From: an uncultured virus (IMG/VR IMGVR_UViG_3300007514_000623)
Taxonomy: Duplodnaviria > Heunggongvirae > Uroviricota > Caudoviricetes
Direction: 5' to 3' (one strand)
Length of the DNA stretch: 20,000 nt
IMG/VR virus record: IMGVR_UViG_3300007514_000623
Shown here: one piece after another, positions 16,413-20,000 of the stretch
Layout: each line of letters begins with the position of its first letter
How positions within the stretch are numbered: position 1 is the stretch's first letter
The notes under the pieces: model-generated
Databases searched by the model: none
The model's input: only the letters and a program-made list of their open reading frames with translations
What the model was told of the DNA's origin: nothing
Made by a program: the position numbers and the translations under genes

Positions 16413-16604
16413 ATGGATGAAGAAAGTATTGAACTTGATTTTGATTCAAGTGATTTAAATAACGATTGGGTTGATTTTATATATTATGAAAATGGAGTGA
16501 AAGTTACCAGACTACATCCATCATGGCATAAAGACCCCAATATTTTTGAAAATCCATTAAAAGGAAGGGCCCGCAAACCTAGTTTTGGGCCTAAAGACCC
16601 CTAA
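16413..16604 (+). CDS. Hypothetical protein
   Basis: 63 aa with acidic N-terminus; AGGAG RBS; its 3' end runs into the structured intergenic cassette. Confidence 0.55.
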   Translation: MDEESIELDFDSSDLNNDWVDFIYYENGVKVTRLHPSWHKDPNIFENPLKGRARKPSFGPKDP

Positions 16605-16713
16605 CCCTATATAACTAAAGGAGTTATAGTGAAAATCCCGTAACTCCTTTGTTTATAGGGGTTTATGTTTTTTTTGAAAACTTTTTTGTAAACCCTTTGT
16701 TTACAATGCTTTA
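16602..16713. repeat. Three copies of a 25-bp 9-7-9 quasi-palindrome; copies 1 and 2 form a larger inverted repeat
   Basis: TAACCCTAT-ATAACTA-AAGGAGTTA (16602-16626), TAACTCCTT-TGTTTAT-AGGGGTTTA (16641-16665) and TAAACCCTT-TGTTTAC-AATGCTTTA (16689-16713). Confidence 0.7.
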
Positions 16714-16735
16714 CAGACCAACTTTTTTTCATTAT

Positions 16736-16768
16736 TTCCTTGACATTATTCCCCTATTTTGATAGGCT
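16736..16768 (+). promoter_or_regulatory. Strong sigma70-type early promoter
   Basis: TTCC-TTGACA (16740-16745), 17-nt spacer ending TGA, TAGGCT (16763-16768), with a T-rich upstream tract. Confidence 0.85.
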
Positions 16769-16798
16769 AGAGTTAACAAATTGAGAGGAACTTATTTT

Positions 16799-19141
16799 AT
16801 GACTGAAAAAACTGTAAAGATTGAATCTAAAGAAAAACTCGCCAAACTCTTAGCGATGGAAGATTTAGACATTCAACATAAGCAAGTTCGTACTGCTATG
16901 TTTGATGTTAAAAACCGTTGCTTAGTCCTGCCCATTTGGAAGGACGTTTCCAATAACCTTTATGATCTATTAGTTGGACATGAAGTTGGACACGCTCTTT
17001 TCACTCCTAATAATGAAGAAAAACTTAAAGGCTTAATAAAGAAATCTTCTAAACATTGTGTGAATGTTGTTGAAGATGCTCGCATTGAATCTTTAATGAA
17101 ACGCAAGTATCCAGGCTTGGTTAAATCTTTCTATAAAGGTTATGGTGAATTAGTTAAGAAAGATTTTTTCGGTTTGAATGAAATGGATTTTGATAAAATT
17201 AATTTGTTGGATAAACTTAATTTGCATTTTAAAATTCCTTCAGCAGTTGCTGGTTGTTTTGAGTTTAATAAAACTGAACAATCATTTGTTAATCGTATTG
17301 AGAAAATTAAGAAGTTTGAAGAACTTGAAAAGATTTGTGTAGATATTTGTAAGTACATTAAAGAGAATCGTACTGAAGAAGAAGAGCAAGAGTCAAAATA
17401 TTTTGATAAAGACTCTGAAAATTATTCAAATGATAATATTGAATTTGAAGATGAAGAAAATAATGAGTCTGGTGAAGATGCTGATTCTAATGAAGATACT
17501 GAGCAGGGTTCATCTGATGAAGATAATGAGGAAGATGAATCCGAGGAAAGTGAATCAGAAAAAGAATCTGCTTCTGATGAAGATAATTTAGAAGTTGAAT
17601 CCGAAAAAAAGGATGCGATTGGTACAGCAACTAATAATGCTGACCATGAAGAAGATTTCGTACCCGAAGATTTAAAGTCAAAAACTCTTGAGAATGTTGA
17701 AAAAGAATTAGAAAAAATTACTGATAATAAATCTGATAATGAATATGTTACTTTGCCAAAAACTGTATTGGATAATAATATTAATGATTATAAAGATGCA
17801 TGGAAACCTTTTAAGAAGTTTTATGATCTAGAGACATATCGCTCAGTTGCATCTCAAGGTTCTGAAGCAATTCGTAGAAATTATGATTGGTCTTTTGAAA
17901 CTGAATCAAGGTTTTTAAATGATAAAGAAATGATCTTTAAATCAGCAAAGGAAACATTGGATAAGATTAAAAAAGAATCTTCTAAGAATGTTGCTCACAT
18001 GGCTATGGAGTTTGAAAGAAAGAAGTCTGCTGATGTTTATAAAAGAACTTCATTCTCTAAAACTGGTGTTTTAGATACAAACAAAATGTTCTCTGCTAAA
18101 TATAATGATGATATATTTAAAAAGAATATTCGCACGCCTGATGGTAAGAATCATGGTCTTTGTATGTTCGTAGATTGGTCTGGTTCAATGGCACCTAACA
18201 TGGCGGGATGTATCAAGCAGTTAATTGAATTGATGTTGTTCTGTAAGAAAGTTAATATCCCATTTGAAGTTTATTCTTTTACGGATGTAAGTGCGGATTC
18301 TAATAATAAAGCACTTTCTTTCAAATATGGACATGGTGATTTAGTTTGCGATAAGAGAGTTACCTTGAATAATTACTTTTCAAGTCGAATGAGTACTAGA
18401 GACTTTAATGATGCTCTTTTAAACATGACTGTTATTTCTAATTCCTTTCGAGGCGGATATCAGTACTACCCTATTCCAAGTGAAGATAGACTTGGTTATA
18501 CACCTCTTAATGGTTCTATTATTGCTTCTGAGAAAATCATTCGGGAATTTAAATCAAGGAATTCACTTGATAAGGTTCATGGTGTTTGGATAACAGATGG
18601 CGAAGGTAATAACTGTATTGCAAAAAAGGAACTTAATGAACATGGCATTCTGACAGATAAGGGTGTTAACAATTACTCAAATAATTTATATGTTCAAGAT
18701 ACTATTATGAAAAAGAATTATCGTGTTACAGGACGAAAATTGACCCCTACTCTTTTTAAGATTCTTAAAGATCGTTTGGGTTGTAATGTAGTAGGATTTT
18801 TCTTGGATGGTAATTTTGGAAAGAAAAGTGGTATGATGAAATATTGGTATGATGCAATTCAGAGTAATACGCATCAATTTCCAAAAGAACAAAGATACCC
18901 AAATCGGATTGACCAGAATGCTTGGTTACAAAAATGTAAGAAGGATGGATTCTTAATTAAATCATCTGCTGGTTATGATGAATATTATGTTATCAATAAT
19001 GCCCCGATAGTAGATAAGACTGTTGACATTGAAGAAAAAATGACTGCTCGAAGAATGGCCACTCTATTCTCAGCGAAGTCAACTCAATTCAAAAAGTCTA
19101 GGGTTATATTGAGTAAGTTTATTGATCTAATAACCGTTTAA
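16799..19141 (+). CDS. HExxH metallopeptidase-like / VWA-domain protein (CobT-like partner of the CobS-like ATPase)
   Basis: N-terminal LLVGHEVGHALFT and NVVEDARIE; acidic linker; MIDAS motif VDWSGSM, TPLN and ITDGEG. ATG 16799 with GAGAGGA RBS is preferred to the track's TTG at 16781. Confidence 0.88.
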   Translation: MTEKTVKIESKEKLAKLLAMEDLDIQHKQVRTAMFDVKNRCLVLPIWKDVSNNLYDLLVGHEVGHALFTPNNEEKLKGLIKKSSKHCVNVVEDARIESLMKRKYPGLVKSFYKGYGELVKKDFFGLNEMDFDKINLLDKLNLHFKIPSAVAGCFEFNKTEQSFVNRIEKIKKFEELEKICVDICKYIKENRTEEEEQESKYFDKDSENYSNDNIEFEDEENNESGEDADSNEDTEQGSSDEDNEEDESEESESEKESASDEDNLEVESEKKDAIGTATNNADHEEDFVPEDLKSKTLENVEKELEKITDNKSDNEYVTLPKTVLDNNINDYKDAWKPFKKFYDLETYRSVASQGSEAIRRNYDWSFETESRFLNDKEMIFKSAKETLDKIKKESSKNVAHMAMEFERKKSADVYKRTSFSKTGVLDTNKMFSAKYNDDIFKKNIRTPDGKNHGLCMFVDWSGSMAPNMAGCIKQLIELMLFCKKVNIPFEVYSFTDVSADSNNKALSFKYGHGDLVCDKRVTLNNYFSSRMSTRDFNDALLNMTVISNSFRGGYQYYPIPSEDRLGYTPLNGSIIASEKIIREFKSRNSLDKVHGVWITDGEGNNCIAKKELNEHGILTDKGVNNYSNNLYVQDTIMKKNYRVTGRKLTPTLFKILKDRLGCNVVGFFLDGNFGKKSGMMKYWYDAIQSNTHQFPKEQRYPNRIDQNAWLQKCKKDGFLIKSSAGYDEYYVINNAPIVDKTVDIEEKMTARRMATLFSAKSTQFKKSRVILSKFIDLITV

Positions 19142-19146
19142 TACAA

Positions 19147-19218
19147 GCGATTTTAAGCGGTTTTTAACCCCTAACCCTTACTCTGGTATGGGTTTTTAAT
19201 AAAAACCGCTTAAATCGC
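19147..19218. repeat. Long imperfect inverted repeat / stem-loop
   Basis: GCGATTTTAAGCGGTTTTTA (19147-19166) pairs with TAAAAACCGCTTAAATCGC (19200-19218) with one bulged T; inner AACCC/GGGTT stem. Confidence 0.8.
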
Positions 19219-19234
19219 ATTTCAGTTCGTTTTA

Positions 19235-19296
19235 TAAACCTTTGTAAAATAAGGAGTTACAAACAAGATGAAAACCTCTTTAAAATCAAGGACTTA
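19235..19296. repeat. Two further copies of the 25-bp 9-7-9 quasi-palindrome
   Basis: TAAACCTTT-GTAAAAT-AAGGAGTTA (19235-19259) and AAACCTCTT-TAAAATC-AAGGACTTA (19272-19296). Confidence 0.7.
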
Positions 19297-19329
19297 CAGA
19301 CACAATTATTTTGCTATAAAGTAAAGATT

Positions 19330-19362
19330 TTCCTTGACAATTTGAGCATAATTTGATAAGCT
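19330..19362 (+). promoter_or_regulatory. Strong sigma70-type early promoter
   Basis: TTCC-TTGACA (19334-19339), 17-nt spacer ending TGA, TAAGCT (19357-19362). Confidence 0.85.
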
Positions 19363-19401
19363 GTATAAAGATAAAAATTAATTGATAGGAGCACATATAT
19401 T

Positions 19402-20000
19402 ATGATTGACATGAATAAGAATGAAACTCGCCAAACCTTTAAAGCAGAAATTGATAAACTGTATGGTGATGGCACTTTCACTACTGGACAAGCATATAAG
19501 GCTTGTATTTCTTCTGGCCTGCCTGAAAGTACTTGGTCTGGAATTTATGCTTTGTTGCGTAAACATTGTCGAACTGATGAGCGTGGCGTTTTAACTTTCA
19601 AAGACCGCTGTGGTACTGAAGCAAATGCTAAACCTTCAAAAGAAGTTATTAAGAAAAAGGTTAAGAAAAGTGTTGCTGATGATAGAGCACTTTTAAATGA
19701 ATCTGTAGTTGCTCCAACTACTCCTAAAAAAGATTTAACAGTAAAGACTGCTTCAAATACTGTTATTAATCTTATTCCTAAAAAAGACCCCACTTATGTA
19801 ACGTGGGGGCATTTCAAAGATATTAAATCTGTTTTAGAATCTAAAATCTTTTATCCGATTTTTGTAACTGGTTTATCGGGTAATGGTAAAACTTCCATGA
19901 TAAGAGAAGTTTGTGCTAAACTGAAACGTGATATGGTTCGGGTAAACATTACCGTTGAAACGGATGAAGATGACTTGCTCGGCGGTTTTCGTTTAGTAAA
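19402..20000 (+). CDS. cobS: CobS-like MoxR-family AAA+ ATPase (3' truncated; not in the ORF track)
   Basis: Manual translation MIDMNKNETRQ…NLIPKKDPTYVTWGHFKDIKSVLESKIFYPIFVTGLSGNGKT…RVNITVETDEDDLLGGFRLV, open to the window end; AGGAG RBS at 19387-19391. Confidence 0.93.
   Translation, partial: MIDMNKNETRQTFKAEIDKLYGDGTFTTGQAYKACISSGLPESTWSGIYALLRKHCRTDERGVLTFKDRCGTEANAKPSKEVIKKKVKKSVADDRALLNESVVAPTTPKKDLTVKTASNTVINLIPKKDPTYVTWGHFKDIKSVLESKIFYPIFVTGLSGNGKTSMIREVCAKLKRDMVRVNITVETDEDDLLGGFRLV

Noticed and set aside
16567..16592. GC-rich hairpin GGGCCCGCAAAC-CTA-GTTTTGGGCCT as a terminator
   Set aside because: It lies inside the 63-aa ORF and has no following U-tract; noted only as a possible part of the adjacent cassette.
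16602..19296. 25-bp repeats as a CRISPR mini-array or a dif site
   Set aside because: Copies are degenerate, in mixed orientation and unevenly spaced, with no cas genes. They do not match the XerD arm TTATGTTAAAT or the 11-6-11 layout.
348..19793. Other short minus-strand and out-of-frame ORFs in the track (e.g. 348, 2039, 2331, 3083, 3101, 5675, 6732, 8736, 8761, 9556, 10499-11688, 13450, 16008, 17140, 17403, 18686, 19378, 19545)
   Set aside because: All lie within or across well-supported + strand genes and have no recognisable motifs.
19402..20000. cobS as evidence of phage cobalamin biosynthesis
   Set aside because: No cobN or other cob genes are visible, and the phage family is better treated as a generic MoxR AAA+/VWA pair.
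1..20000. tRNA/rRNA genes, introns, inteins, homing endonucleases or stop-codon recoding
   Set aside because: Core genes are uninterrupted and of normal length under the standard code, TAA, TAG and TGA all act as stops, and I saw no cloverleaf-like sequence in the short intergenic regions.

Overview
AT-rich segment of a T4-like myovirus genome, in the gene order typical of marine T4-like phages, with all credible genes on the + strand. It runs from the end of the portal gene (g20) through the head module (g67/g68-like, g21, g22, g23), a nuclease, g3, uvsY, uvsW, g55, g47 and g46, to the HExxH/VWA protein and the start of a CobS-like AAA+ ATPase. Two accessory insertions stand out. The first is a GT-B glycosyltransferase plus dUTPase between uvsW and g55. 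The second is a roughly 4 kb island after g46 holding an FmdB-type Zn ribbon, an apparently intact monofunctional proline dehydrogenase, a 2OG-Fe(II) oxygenase, and hsp20. The island also holds a candidate phosphate-acquisition unit: exact 11-bp-period Pho-box-like repeats, then a small lipoprotein ending in a beta-signal-like motif, then a PiT/PHO4-related permease. In the non-coding DNA, five sigma70-type promoters share one extended consensus. Five copies of a 25-bp 9-7-9 quasi-palindrome cluster with hairpins upstream of two of those promoters. All calls rest on motif recognition and synteny; no database searches were run.
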